The translations under genes were made by a program, and so were the position numbers. From Fistulifera solaris (Eukaryota), in contig AP026140.1 in NCBI GenBank assembly GCA_030295235.1, forward strand, positions 186,001 to 250,000: a DNA stretch of 64,000 nt, read 5' to 3'. The notes beneath the pieces were generated by a model. The model did no database searches. It saw only the letters and a list, made by a program, of their open reading frames with translations, and was not told the DNA's origin. Positions 10,770-24,406 of the stretch are shown piece by piece. Each line of letters starts with the position of its first letter. The stretch's first letter is position 1.

Positions 10770-11813
10770 ATGGATTCCTTTGGGAGATTGATGGAACGAG
10801 CGATTGAACGGATTGCGGTAGGGCATCCTCCACCTCGGATTGCGATTGGTCAGCCAAATCCCGAGGCAGGTGCGATTCGCCCTCATGTCCCAACTCAGTA
10901 TCGCATTCCAGGCGGATTTCCAAATCCACCACCCGAGGCCCCGCTCAATGGAACCGCGGGCTTGAGATTGGTCTTAGCACAGTGTGGGTTAACTGATGCA
11001 CAGACGACGTCTCTCATGGGAAATAACATCACGTGTCTTGAAGATTTCGGCGAACTTGGCGAAGAAGAAGTCGAAGAGCACCTAAAGATACTTGCTCGTA
11101 CTTCCGAAGAAAGAGGAGGTATGGTGCTTGGACTTGGAGTGGTGCCGAGAGTCAAGGCACTTTCTACACTTTTGCATGAACTTGCAAGATCGGGAGATGG
11201 CGTTCTCGATGCATACAAGGTGACAATTCCGTATCTTCGGGAATGGCAAAGCAAATCGAAAGTGGTTGTCAAAGGCAATGACAAACTCGAAGTTTCGATG
11301 CCCGAGAAGTTTGATTATAAGGATTGGGTTTCGTTCAAGGATGGAATCGAGAACTACTTCCGTCAGACGAAAGGAACTCGGATGATCCCGTTATACTACA
11401 ACATTGAAGTGCGGAATAATTACCAAGCAACTGCCGATGCTCTACTGGAATCAAGTTATCGCATGGCGTCGATCACTCAGAGAGAATCTACTAGTGCTCG
11501 AAAAGTGGCGAAGGCGAATGCCAAGCGCGACGGAAAATCTGGTAATGGCAATTCGAACAAGAAAAAGGCCAAAAGTAATGATGGTCAGAGCGGACCACCG
11601 ACGGGAACTTATGTTCTTGATGAGAAGAACGGGAAGAAGCTTTGTAATGGGATTGACGTTACAAATCCAAAGCGAAACTTTACCAACGAAGAATGGGGAA
11701 AGATGGGCGATTACGTTTCTATCCTGAAGGCGGAACGTAAGATTGCGGCAGCCAACACGAATAATTCTTCCGGGAATGGCAGTCGTTTTGGAACTGGCGG
11801 TCAAGGCAGCTGA
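10770..11813 (+). CDS. Retrotransposon gag-like ORF
   Basis: First ORF after the 5' LTR. PEKFDYKDWVSFKDGIENYF..G..IPLYY motif, followed by a basic Gly/Asn-rich tail. Confidence 0.7.
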   Translation: MDSFGRLMERAIERIAVGHPPPRIAIGQPNPEAGAIRPHVPTQYRIPGGFPNPPPEAPLNGTAGLRLVLAQCGLTDAQTTSLMGNNITCLEDFGELGEEEVEEHLKILARTSEERGGMVLGLGVVPRVKALSTLLHELARSGDGVLDAYKVTIPYLREWQSKSKVVVKGNDKLEVSMPEKFDYKDWVSFKDGIENYFRQTKGTRMIPLYYNIEVRNNYQATADALLESSYRMASITQRESTSARKVAKANAKRDGKSGNGNSNKKKAKSNDGQSGPPTGTYVLDEKNGKKLCNGIDVTNPKRNFTNEEWGKMGDYVSILKAERKIAAANTNNSSGNGSRFGTGGQGS

Positions 11814-11899
11814 GGACGTGGCGGTAGGACTAGTGGTCAAGATAGGAAAGTATCTGTGCTTCGAGTAACACAGATGCGTAAGCTAGCCAAGCTTATTAC

Positions 11900-14800
11900 A
11901 TCTACACCACATCCCACGACGGCCAGATCATAGAGCAAACTGCGAACTCGACTCGCATGCCGATACAACATGTTTCGGTTCCAATTTCGCACCATTTGGA
12001 TTCACCGACATGACATGTACCGTCTTTCCATATAGCGAAGACTACGATGCCAAGCAAGATGTTCCGATAGTACATGCCGCAACAGCCTACGATGATCCAG
12101 TAACGGGTCACACTACATTATTGTGTTTCTACCACGGACTATGGTTTGGGAATACATTGAATGGAAGTCTCATCAATCCAAATCAATGCCGTGCTTATGG
12201 TATCGATATATGTGATGATCCATGGGACAAATATCGTGGCCTCACGACTTCGAATACCTGATGAAGGATTCGAGATACCTTTCTCTTATTCGGGTAACGC
12301 TGTTTCATTCGAGACAAGAGTCCCAACGCCAGAGGAGTTGAATGATTGTCCAAAATATGACATGACTTCAAAGGTTGCTTGGGATCCTGCAACAATTGGA
12401 GCACCAAAGTTGTCGCGGGAAGAGGAGGCACGGAAGCGATTAATTGGTCAAGTTAAGATTGAATCAAATATTGTGGACAGGGGAGTCCGCGCTACTCCGT
12501 CAAGGGGAGCCCGAATTTGATGTTTTATTGAATGATTGCAGTTCGGTGTTTTCAGAGAAAGTGTTTACACAGAAACTCATTGCAGCGGTCAAGATTGCGA
12601 GTCCTTATGATCCACCATCGATAGAGGAGTTTCGTTCAGAGGAGCAATCGGATGCAAAGATCAACGCAATTGGGAGTGGCACTCGACATTCAAGAGCAAC
12701 ACCAGAAGAAATTTCGAAGAAATTTGGTTGTGGGTTGGAAACAGCGGCAAAGACGCTGAAAGCTACAACGAATTATGGTGTAAGAACTGCAACAGGTCCA
12801 TTAATTCGAAGGTATCGAACCGACATTATGCAATCGACACATCGACGAATTCGTGCAACCGTTTTTAACGACACCATGTTTGCGAAGACGAAAAGTCTGC
12901 GAGGTAATAAGAGTGCAGAAGTTTTCACGGATGGACATTTCGTGACAGTCAAGCCAACTACCAACAAAACTGGTGAAACGGTAGCGAATGCATTGCGCGA
13001 ATTGATCCAAGAGGTGGGGATACCTCAGAAGATCGTTACCGATGATGCTAAGGAGAAGCTCGGTCCGAATCACGAAGTGGATGGAACACATTCGACATTA
13101 TAAAATGGATTGGGGCAACACGGAACCTTATTCGCATTGGCAGAATAGAGCCGAAGATGCGATTCGTGAAGTAAGACGAAGGTGGAAGCTTTTACAACAT
13201 CGGCCGGTATACCGAACAGACTTTGGGACTACGGGTTGACGCATATAGCCGAGATAATGTCCAGAACAGTCAGAGTCGGATCAGATCGTACACCATACGA
13301 GATACTAACTGGTGATACCCGACATTTCTGAGTACATCGACTTCGATTTCTACGATTGGGTATGGTTCTATAACAATCCGAACGACAAAGAAGCTCCACC
13401 CGAAATCGGAAGATGGCTTGGGGTCTCGCATCGCGTTGGCGCTTCTATGTGCTACTTCGTTTTGACTCAGAAAGGGGTCGTTTTGTCGAGATCGTCAGTA
13501 CAACCAATTAATCTACAGGAGGAACTGTCCGATGAGGTACGATCACGGATGGAGAAGTTCGATGTAGAAATTAATGGGAGGTTGGCCGATGACAAGTTCA
13601 TCAGTGACGATATTACGACAGGAATCATCTACCTTGAAGACGACGATCCAGTCGCTGAAGGAGAGGAAAAGAGTCCAATCCTGGAAGCCGATGACGTTTG
13701 GGATGTCAATGCATACGATCATTATCTCAATGCGGAAATATTACTCCCAGTTGGTGACGGCAGGATCGCCGGAACCGTCATTGAAAGGAAAACGAGACTC
13801 GGATGGCAAGCCGATTGGTGTGAGACACCAAGTGCCAATGATGGATACAAGGTTGTACAGAGTCAAACTTGCTGACGGAACGGTTAGGGAACTTTTCAGC
13901 GAATAACATTGCCGAATGTATGTTCTCTGAAGTTGACAGTGAGGGACGCTCGTATCGACTACTGAAGGAAATATCAGACCATCGAAAGGATAAAACGGCG
14001 ATCAATAAAGCGGATGGTATATTCGTTTTCAACAAACGAGAATACAAGAAGAAGACGACAGCGTGGTTGGTACCTTCTAGTCGAATGGATGGAAGGGTAT
14101 TCCGACTGGGTTCCGTTGAAAGATTTGAAAGAAGCGTATCCAGTGCAAGTAGCAGAATATGCGAAAGCAAACAACATCCATGACGAACCGGCATTTGCAT
14201 GGTGGGTAGGAGATGTTCTTCAGAAACGAAACACTATCCTAGCAAAAGTTAAGTCGAGATACTGGAAAACGACGCACAAGTTTGGCATTCGAATTCCGAA
14301 AACTGTGCAGGAAGCTCTTCAAATTGACAAGGATACCGGAACTGATTTTTGGCGTCGGGCAATTGAAAAGGAAATGGGAAAAATCAGCGCTATGGGCACA
14401 TTCGAAAGGTGGAATGGCGGCTCGGCAGAAGATATTCGGAGCGGCAAAGTCAAACTACCGGGATTTCGAGAAATAAAGTGTCACATGATATTTGACATCA
14501 AAATGGATGGCAAGTTTACACGAAAGGCAAGATTCGTGGCTGATGGTAACATGACTGGCGAATTGCCAGCTTACATGACATACTCGACAGTCGTATCGAG
14601 AGAAAGTGTCCGCATTGCATTTCTGTACGCAGCTCAATGATTTGGATATCTTGGGTTGCGACGTAACAAATGCGTATCTCAACGCACCATGTCAGGAGAA
14701 GATATGGGTTGCAGCAGGTCTCGAATTTGGAGATGATTTGAGAGGAGCTTGCATGATAATTCGAAAAGCGTTGTATGGTCTCAAGACTTCAGGATCGAGT

Positions 14801-16043
14801 TGGCGCAAAACACTTTCCGAGACCTTAAATGACATGAAGTACGTTTCGACGATGGCGGACCCCGATGTCTACCGGCCGAAGTATCAAGAAGAACGGTGAT
14901 CACTACTACGAATTCGTTTTGACTTATGTCGACGATATTTTATGCGTGAGTGAAAACCCGAAAGCTACGATGGATATACTCAGTAAGGTTTATGCACTGA
15001 GAGACGGCCGAGGAACCCGACAGGTATCTTGGCGCCAATGTAGCGAAAGCACAATTGAATGATGGACGCACCGCATGGTCTTTATCAAGTGATGATTATG
15101 TCAAGGGTGCGATCGATATTGTGAAAGGCATGCTCGCTAAGGACAAAAGTTACTTAAAGACAAGAGGTAACGAGCGACCAATGCCAGAGAACTACCGTCC
15201 AGAGGAGGATACAACACGCGAATTGACGCCAGAACTAGCGACAAGATATCAACAACTTATCGGAATGTTGCGATGGGCGTGTGAACTTGGAAGAGTGGAC
15301 ATTTTGCTTGAAGTGTCGTTACTTTCACATCATCTATGTTTGCCAAGAGAGGGACATCTCGAAGCAGTTTACAAGATCTTCGCTTATTTGGACAACCACA
15401 ACAAATCCAACATGGTCTTTGATCCCAAAGTAATACATCTTGATGAGAGTGCATTTCCAAAGACAGATTGGAAAGACTCGATCTACGGTGAGGTGACAGA
15501 GGAGCTACCCCCGAATGCACCCGAACCACTCGGTAAGCCTGTGTACATGACATGTTTTGTTGATGCTAATCATGCAGGGCGAAACTACAACACGACGTTC
15601 GCAAACAGGGTATTTAATTTATTTGAATAATGCTCCCATCGACTGGTTCTCCAAGAAGCAGAACACCGTGGAATCATCAACGTTTGGATCTGAGTTTGTG
15701 GCCATGCGAATTGCAGTCGAGAAGATTCGAGCACTGCGATACAAGCTACGCATGTTTGGAATTCCAATTAAGGGTCCGACATCCGTCTTGGGCGACAATG
15801 AAAGCGTTGTTAATAGCGTTTCCAAAATGGAAGCTCGGCTTAACAAGAAGCACAATGCTATCTGCTTTCATGCAGTTCGGGAAGCATGCTGCCGGTTGGA
15901 TTCGAGTTGGAAAGGAGCCAACAGCAACGAATGTCGCTGACCTTTTCACAAAGATGTTGCCAACGGCGAAGCGGCGCGAGCATCTTGTCAAGATATTCAT
16001 CAAGAAGGTCAAGATGATCTTCAGGAAGAATCAAGAGAGCTAA
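11900..16043 (+). pseudogene. Copia pol (integrase, reverse transcriptase, RNase H), split by ~10 frameshifts
   Basis: IN: DTMF..GIPQKIVTD..TEPYSHWQNRAE. RT: CHMIFDIKMDGKFTRKARFVA, DVTNAYLNA, KALYGLKTSG, YVDD. RNaseH: FVDANHAG, ESSTFGSEFVA, DNESV, NVADLFTK. Confidence 0.92.
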
Positions 16044-16208
16044 TGAAGCTCTACCCAGCGCAGGTATTGAGAGATTCCTCCTGGACATCCAAAATGGATG
16101 GGGCGCAATACAAGTCCAGGTACAAGCAGGTCGTATTTGAGCCACAGAAGGATTGAGGAATAACTTGCGTATCAACGAAACTGAGGCACTTTGTTGACAC
16201 GAGAGGAG

Positions 16209-16539
16209 TGAATCAATCCAGATGTGTTAGGGACAGGGATGGATCGGTAGTGCCACGTCACCGTGCATTTATGCCTTAAGGTTACATCGGTTCCACCTTG
16301 ACATTATCCCTTCTATTTGGTCACGGATGCATAAGCTATGCATAACACTTGGAAGTGAGTGACCTAATGGGTGATCTAGCGGTTAAGCTAGATCATGAAA
16401 GCGTGAACAGAGACGTCGAGCAGGAATTGGAGATGCAAGAGCATTCCATCATTTCGACTAGTTTAGAGCTCACAGTTTTGAGCGCCCGGTAAAATAAATG
16501 CTCATTACGGCTTGTAATCAGTACTTCTAGACTTATTCA
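16209..16539 (+). repeat. 3' LTR
   Basis: Preceded by the PPT and followed by the TSD GTGCC. Confidence 0.97.
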
Positions 16540-16881
16540 GTGCCTTGCATGTTGCAGTTTCACAGTTTCAGATCGGCAGAATTTCGTTCCCGGTGTTTCG
16601 CAAAACTAGTACACAAAAGTAATAGTCGTCCGTCGGTCGGCGACATTCAATCCCAGATCGTCTGATCGACGTCAGTGATTGCTCAGCCGTGCGCCCACAG
16701 CCCTCTCTTTTTTTCGCGTCCGACAGATCTTTTGAACGCAGTGTTGCAACTATAAAGGTAAAACGAAAGCATCCCAAGAACTCATTTGCTCTTTCGAGTG
16801 CGGGTTTGTGAGTGTCATCGATCACCTTCTCTCTTGACAAAAGGGCTCATAAAATAGTAGTCACGATTACTTACAACAATC

Positions 16882-19417
16882 ATGAGGTTTACAATCACTA
16901 CCGCTCTGTGCTGTCTGTGGCAAGGCGCTTCGGCCTTTGCCCCCTTTTCAACAACTTCGCTTTCATCCTCGACGGCTCGCTTTGCGTCGGAACCACGCAC
17001 CTTGTACGACAAGATCTGGGACGATCACATGGTCGATGATGACGGCATGTCGTGTTTGATTTATGTCGATCGCCATTTGGTGCACGAAGTCACGTCCCCG
17101 CAAGCCTTTGAAGGTCTGCGCATGGCCAACCGGGGTGTCCGACGTCCCGATTGTACGCTCGTGACAGTCGATCACAATGTCCCCACCACGGATCGAACAG
17201 CCTTGATTGATGTGGAAACGTTCATTGAAGAGACGGCGAGTCGTACGCAAGTCTTGCAGTTGGAAAAGAATGTCAAAGACTTTGGATTGAAATACTTTTC
17301 GTTTGCCGATGAACGCCAAGGGATTGTTCATATTATCGGGCCGGAGCAGGGTTTTACTTTGCCCGGTTGTGTCACAGTATGTGGTGATTCGCATACGGCG
17401 ACTCATGGAGCATTTGGTGCCTTGGCGTTTGGTATCGGAACCAGTGAAGTTGAGCATGTTCTGGCGACTCAGGTAAGTCGACCTTTCGTGTCGAAGTATT
17501 GTTGTAAATGAGCACTTGTCTGACAACTCCGTACATTCGGACCAAAGACACTGCCCCAGACCAAGACAAAGAATATGCTCATTCGCGTCGACGGACAACT
17601 GGGAGAAGGCGTCACATCGAAGGATATCATTTTGCATATTATCGGCGTCATCGGCACAGCCGGTGGAACTGGATATACCATCGAATTTGGAGGATCGGCG
17701 ATTGAGAGTCTTTCCATGGAAGCTCGTATGTCCATTTCGAACATGGCAATTGAAGCCGGAGCTCGTGCGGGGATTATTGCGCCGGATGAAATTACCTTTG
17801 AGTACCTCAAGGGTCGTCCCATGTGCCCGTCGGGTGAGGAATGGGATCGTGCTGTTCAATATTGGAAATCGTTGCGTTCGGATGACGGTGCCAAGTACGA
17901 TGAAACCATCGTCATTGATGCGAAGGATATCAGTCCTACGGTTACTTGGGGAACCAGTCCGCAGGATGTGGCGCCCGTCACAGGAAATGTTCCGATGATT
18001 GCCGATGGAAACAGTGCTGCTCGACAGGTAAGGGGTTGAGGATGATTGAATGCTAGGTAATTGCTCGATTCTCAGGCAAGAGAACTCATTTGTATGCTAC
18101 TCTTTGCAGGCCGCTATCAAGCGATCTTTGGAGTACATTGGTCTGGAGGAGGGACAAGCTCTTGAAGGGGTTCCTGTAGATAAAGTTTTTATCGGATCTT
18201 GCACGAACGGACGTATTGAAGACATTCGCGAAGTTGCAGCTATAGCGATTGGACGAAAGGTTGCCGAAGGTGTTCACGCCATGGTGGTTCCTGGATCAGG
18301 CCTTGTGAAGAAACAGGCCGAAGATGAGGGTTTGGATAAGATTTTGATTGATGCTGGCTTTGATTGGCGAGAACCTGGCTGCAGTATGTGTTTGGCCATG
18401 AATGCTGACAAATTGAAACCGAAAGAACGATGCGCGTCGACATCCAACCGAAACTTTGAGGGTCGACAGGGCAACGGAGGCAGAACACATTTGATGTCTC
18501 CCGCGATGGCTGCCAGTGCAGCGGTTGCCGGGGCTATTACCGATGTGCGAAAGTATCCATTCTTGGGAGATCCTTCTGCCGACCCTCGCAAGGCGTCAAA
18601 GCAGAGCCGAGTTTTCTCAACTGAGCAATATGTTTCTCCAGGAGCCGTCATTTCTCCGCCTGCCCCGTATTTGGCAAAGAAATCGAATGCCGGTGAAGTT
18701 GGTGGAGCGGCTGGTCTTCCACGTTTCGAGAGTTTGACTGGTGTTGCTGCTCCGTTGGATATTCAGAACATTGATACAGATATGATCATTCCGAAGGAAT
18801 TTTTGAAAACGATCAATCGCTCGGGCCTTGGATTTGCTGCCTTTGCTGAACTCAGATACGAAAATCCTGAGGAAGTTGCAACTGTAGGCGCTGAAGTTGC
18901 GAAACCGCGCCCGGACTTCGTCTTGAACAAAGACGGGTACAAGTCGACAAAAATCTTGATTGCTGGTGATAACTTTGGTTGTGGATCCAGTCGTGAGCAT
19001 GCGCCATGGTCCATCAACGACATGGGTATCCGGTGTATTATCAGTACTTCATTCGCCGATATCTTTTACAATAACTGCTTTAACAATGGAATGCTTCCCG
19101 TGACTCTTCCAAGAGATCAAGTCGAAATCTTGTTGGCTGACGCCGCCACGCCTGGAACGGAAATTACTGTCGACCTGGTGAACCAAAAGGTGATTCGCCC
19201 CAACGGAGAGGTATTCCCTTTTGAAATCGATTCATTCCGCAAGCACTGCTTGGTCAATGGACTTGATAAGATCGGGTTGACGCTTGAGAAGGGTGATAAA
19301 ATCAAGACATTCGAAACTGCCCGCTCGGCGCAATATCCCTGGTTGGATGGTGCTGCCTTGAAGGTACCTGATGTTGTCGCAATGTATCCTGGTGCTGGTT
19401 TCTGGGCTCGCAACTAA
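16882..19417 (+). CDS. LEU1: Plastid-targeted 3-isopropylmalate dehydratase, fused large + small subunits (LeuC-LeuD)
   Basis: ASAFAP targeting motif; [32 protein letters not shown], then [10 protein letters not shown] and [13 protein letters not shown]. Introns 17473-17547 and 18028-18109. Confidence 0.96.
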
Positions 19418-19616
19418 GCGAAAGCGCAAAGAAGTAACTATGTTCGTTTCGCAGTCTCATATAACATAGTTGAATGATTTGTTAAAGAATTAAATTCATA
19501 TCTTGTCATTAGTCTAACTACAGCTAAATTTGTAAGAGGTATCATGTTATGTACAAGGTGTGCGAGGACCTACAAAATCGAGAACTAGCAACATAAAGTC
19601 TGGACACGTTTCCTTT

Positions 19617-20995
19617 TCAATCCTGTGACTCCTCTTCTGGCTCTCGCTTCATGTAATCGGCTAAACCCCTCCATATTACTGTAAAGAGTATTGATTGGAG
19701 GGCATTCGCAAAAATGCGAGTTCTCAGTCCTCTGCCGAACAGCCCTCTCCAGCCATCCGTGGCTAGAATAATCTCAATGACTTCCGAGTATGTAACACCG
19801 TGTTTCGACCCTAACGATTGTTTCGTTGTTTTGATAACACGCATAAAGTTCACAACGGTATCACTGACAATACTGGCAATCAAACCGATCCCCGCGTTGC
19901 GAAGGAATGGGCGAGGTATCACAGCCTGGAGCCACTGACTATCATTCAGCAAGTGATAGGTGTAAAACTGTATCGCAATAGGCACATTTGAGTTAAATGA
20001 ACAAACCAATCGTAACGCTTGTCTGAGTCCAGGTCGCTCTAGACTTACCCAGGGATAGTGTCCGAGAATTGCGGATACACAGGTTGCCGTGGCTCCTTGG
20101 AAGAGGACATCTATTCGACCATTTCGTAGACGCCGGATAAGACTTCGAAATCCTTCTACCGAATCTACCTGTAGTACAGTTTTCATCGTATCAATAGCTG
20201 AATGTTGAAGAGTGTGTCAAGAAGCAAGGTTGTGAGAATGGATGTTCAAGTAACATGCCAAATAACAATGATAATCGCACTCTTGAACTCACGCATCAAT
20301 ATCATTCTCCAGAACCCTACAAAGATGGATGCCACAAACGTTTTTCTCCCGGGTCCCCAATTTTGTGTGTAACTCAAGCTCGCCATTAACGAGTCAACCC
20401 CGTCATTCGCCGCCGTACTGACAAATCGAGCCAAGGGTGCCTGAATGAGAGCAAAGAAGAAACCCCGATACAATCGAGCGATCCCTCCTTCTCTCATCAA
20501 TGTCTTGAATGCTTGTAAAAACGTCGTGCCGTATCGATATTGATAATTGCTGATGGTGCGAAGCCACATGAGCGACGCCACTTGAATCATGCCCGCAATC
20601 GCTCCCGGAATGCCACCTCCCAATCCCCTACGACCGGCAGTAATCAATATTTGATTCAACGAACGCCGTTGCTGCGATAGTACGACGGCTTGGTCTGGAT
20701 TTCTTCTCACCCATCCATTGTTTTCTTCGTTGCTTTCTTGTACAGAGGATGATGCCGCGACAAACAGGAAGGGACAAAACCGACAAGGCGATTCCTCGCA
20801 AGTCGACCGTCCGGCAGTGGGATACCGAGAACATCCATTCAACCAGCATAGTACCAGTACAAAGAATAAGTATGACGATGGATGAAAGAATGCACTTTGT
20901 ACTTTATTCCGTCTCCTTCGTATGAAGCGATTGGATGTGGGTGCCGATGATGCTTTCTCCATCGATAAATGGCTCTCGCGGATTGTTTCTGTCAT
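19617..20995 (-). CDS. Mitochondrial-carrier-family-like transporter (multi-exon)
   Basis: Carrier-like repeats: MWLRTISNYQY, REGGIARLYRG, IDTMKTVLQV, DGWRGLFGRG. Two apparent introns (~20198-20292, ~19968-20047). Confidence 0.75.
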
Positions 20996-21545
20996 TGTGT
21001 GTCGCCGTATGCCGCTGTATTGATTTTTACACAATGAACTTCGATGCTGTAATAGATTGTTGTTTTAACGCTACAGAATAGTCAGTTGTTGCTCTTTTGT
21101 TGTTGTTTGTCGTGAAGTTGAATGTTGATCTTTGTGTGTGCGAACGCAATCGATTTTCTTGTTTGGTTTTTTCGCCCTTGGAGATGGGGTTTAAACTGAC
21201 TTTTTTCGCTATAGTGAATTACAGTCTTTTCTTGAGTTGTCTTAGGCTCTATGTGATTTTGAATAATATCCGTTGGCCTTATGCAAAAAACAACTAATGT
21301 CCTATAAAAAATCCTCTACTTAGGTGGAATCAACCGTTTTTGCGATTTCACTGTGAGAATTACACGGTTCATACTTACAGGAAACGCTCGAGACACTTCT
21401 AAGCAGTTCATTCGTCTCACAGAACCGAAACAAGCAACAAAATCACATGCCACTTTTATCTCATGTACTCGAGAGAGGACCTTTGATTTCGCTTTCAACT
21501 TTGATGCATACGAAAGAAATCGCAATAAACATTTCACGCAACAAC

Positions 21546-22467
21546 ATGAAATACATCGCTTTCGTTATAATAGCTCTGATGAGCGCAGCGAAAGCTCTCG
21601 ACGTTTCGATTGAAGAAGTCGTCTGCGATGAGTCTTTGGATGTGACGGCGCTGATTCAAATGGAATGTAACGGTGGGCGACGATGTGCCTTTGGTGCTAC
21701 TTCCAGACTCTACGGAACACGTAAGATTGCTTTGTTTCGTGTGTTTTGTTGTCAAATAGGAATGATTCACCTTTATTCTGGTTCTCTCTACTTTCTTTTC
21801 GATTACAGTTTACTACAAAGGCGTCAGTTATTCTGGAATTCAGAACAATTTAGCGTATTTGTCGGTCGATCTCAAATTTTTGACACTCGAATATAAGCCA
21901 TTCGAAATGAGGCAATTTCAACTGTGCCATGGAAACCTGGTGCAAGGGCAAGACAGCCAATCCGAGTGTCCCGCCGATGGAACCTATATGTATTCGATCT
22001 CGTACAAATTACCGGCTTCCGGTGGTGGGCATCCCGTGTGGTTGGCCAGTGGATTTCAAGGAAATGGAGTCATTCGAATGTACGCGGAACAAGACGAACG
22101 AATGTTAATTGGGGAGTGTCACTTACGGCTCAAAACGTATGTCACAAAGACGGACGAAAACACATTCGGACCGCTCGTCACGCCGAGCGCGGCAGTTACG
22201 CTCGGCATTGCTTCGGCGTTTCTGGCGTTGCTTGGACTTTGTTCTTGCTTTAGGCGGTGCTGTTTTCGACGTAGAAGGAAAGTAGAGGATGCTGTCTTGG
22301 AAAATGAATCACTGTTCACGCGCATGGAAGATGACAAGATCGTTACCACATCTCGGTCAACCCGAACGAACGATTTCCAACAATTACCCGACACGGAAAG
22401 TCCGTCGACAAGATCGAATCTCCATTCGCCTCGAACACAGAAAACGCTACAAATGCCTCTCATGTAA
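21546..22467 (+). CDS. Hypothetical single-pass membrane protein with signal peptide and Cys-containing ectodomain
   Basis: MKYIAFVIIALMSAAKA signal peptide; intron ~21721-21808; TM segment VTLGIASAFLALLGLC followed by CFRRRRK. Confidence 0.7.
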
Positions 22468-22712
22468 CTCTATCAGTCGTTTCGATTGTTCATTTTTCAT
22501 TAATAACAATAAACTTTGTCATACCGTACACGAGAACTTGAAAGATAAACGCCGTAGAATCATACGCATCAGAGCGGCATGATATGATTGTGCAACCTGT
22601 TTTGACGCATCCAGAAAAGATGGGCGAGTGGGATAAAAGGTGCGCTTTCACTTCTCCAGAAAATATGAGGGTGTGGTGTTTTCACGTCCCCAGAAAATAT
22701 GGGCGGGTGGTA

Positions 22713-23684
22713 TTATGTATTACAAGCCGATTCGCCGTATGGGTACCAATTGCACAGGGCACAATCGAAGAAAGGACTCTCGGTTCGAAACATGGCGTGT
22801 TCGACTTGTCGCATGACATTTGTAACAGACGTTGGCAAAGGATGCGGTGCCATGAGTTTACCACTGTACGCCAGGGCCCCGATTCCTTCCTCGGCGACCC
22901 ACGCCGTGCCGCGCCGTTCTTGGACATTGGCACCGGTACGTGTAATAATGGTATCAAATTGAAAGGGAATGTCCTGTTGCCAGGCGGAGACGGACTGGAG
23001 ATCAGAAACTCCGCACGGCAGTATATCAAAGGGCAATCGCGAGACGCGCTGTTCGAGTTGCGGCACTGCGAGATTCTGCAAACAAGGGTGACTCGCCATG
23101 AGACCCCGCACCGCCCATCGCACTTCAATCGCTTCCTGCAACGGTATTGTCGCAGCTGTTTGTTCGGCGCGTTCTATTAACATATGAATCCCCGATATAA
23201 TTTTACTTTCTGGAATTAAACCAATTTTGGGGTTCGTTCGCATCAGAGTATGCAAAGCTACCAATGATTGCCGTAATGCTTGTGTTTCTTTGCGTGTGGG
23301 AGGAATCGTGTCATCGTACGGCATCGCAGCCGCTAATACCTTCCTCTCCAAGGCTTCTTGATCAAACGTTTCATCGCACGGCGGCAACTCCATGAATCGC
23401 GTCAACCACTGCGCCGCCCATCGTTGTCGTTTTTCGTGATGAACGTGCTGCGAACGAACATGAGGTGGCAAATTGTCGTCGGTCGGTAGCCATATTGATA
23501 TAGACAAGAGATCATTTGTGGATTGCGCGTCTTGAATGGCTTGACCGATACTGGCGGCCGTTGTCGAGAATTGCAACGTCAAACACTGGGGTGATCGATG
23601 CTGCCGATGTGGAAGAAAGGCGTGGCTGCAGCCAAGCAAATAGGATGCTGTAACTGACAGAAAGACCGGCAGCTTGTTTATCAT
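22713..23684 (-). CDS. AlkB/2OG-Fe(II) dioxygenase-like protein, apparently 3'-truncated
   Basis: Signal peptide ending SHAFLP; RRGTAW..LAYSG..P.P..FDCALCNWY..G..AC resembles the ALKBH2/3-type N-terminal half. The ORF stops just before the expected HxD motif. Confidence 0.6.
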   Translation of the reverse strand: MINKLPVFLSVTASYLLGCSHAFLPHRQHRSPQCLTLQFSTTAASIGQAIQDAQSTNDLLSISIWLPTDDNLPPHVRSQHVHHEKRQRWAAQWLTRFMELPPCDETFDQEALERKVLAAAMPYDDTIPPTRKETQALRQSLVALHTLMRTNPKIGLIPESKIISGIHMLIERAEQTAATIPLQEAIEVRWAVRGLMASHPCLQNLAVPQLEQRVSRLPFDILPCGVSDLQSVSAWQQDIPFQFDTIITRTGANVQERRGTAWVAEEGIGALAYSGKLMAPHPLPTSVTNVMRQVEHAMFRTESPFFDCALCNWYPYGESACNT

Positions 23685-23946
23685 ACTAAGGTGGGTTTCA
23701 TTCAGCCTAAAGAAGGTTCTTATTTTTTAGTTTGTTTTATAATACGAAGTTGAGTAGTCTTATGATGTTTGGTTTGTTTTATGTTGCATCGCAGCATTAT
23801 TTTTTTTTCCTTTGTTTTATGTTTTATCGGCGTTTGCGGCGCCTAGCCCCTGCGGGGGCTTTTTTTCGTTCTCGCCCTTCCCGCAAGCGGGGGCTCGATC
23901 CCCGGGGATAGCGTCACACTCGGGATTGAACAACCGGGACCGACGT

Positions 23947-24406
<460 letters not shown>

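Larger units (their letters stand above)
10411..16539 (+). mobile_element. Ty1/copia LTR retrotransposon (diatom CoDi-like), complete boundaries
   Basis: Two 331-bp LTRs (TGAAT...ATTCA), 5-bp TSD GTGCC (10406-10410 and 16540-16544), polypurine tract GAGAGGAG (16201-16208), domain order gag-IN-RT-RNaseH. Confidence 0.97.

Noticed and set aside
16882..19417. LeuC-LeuD fusion as a novelty
   Set aside because: The fused architecture is the known fungal-type Leu1 arrangement.
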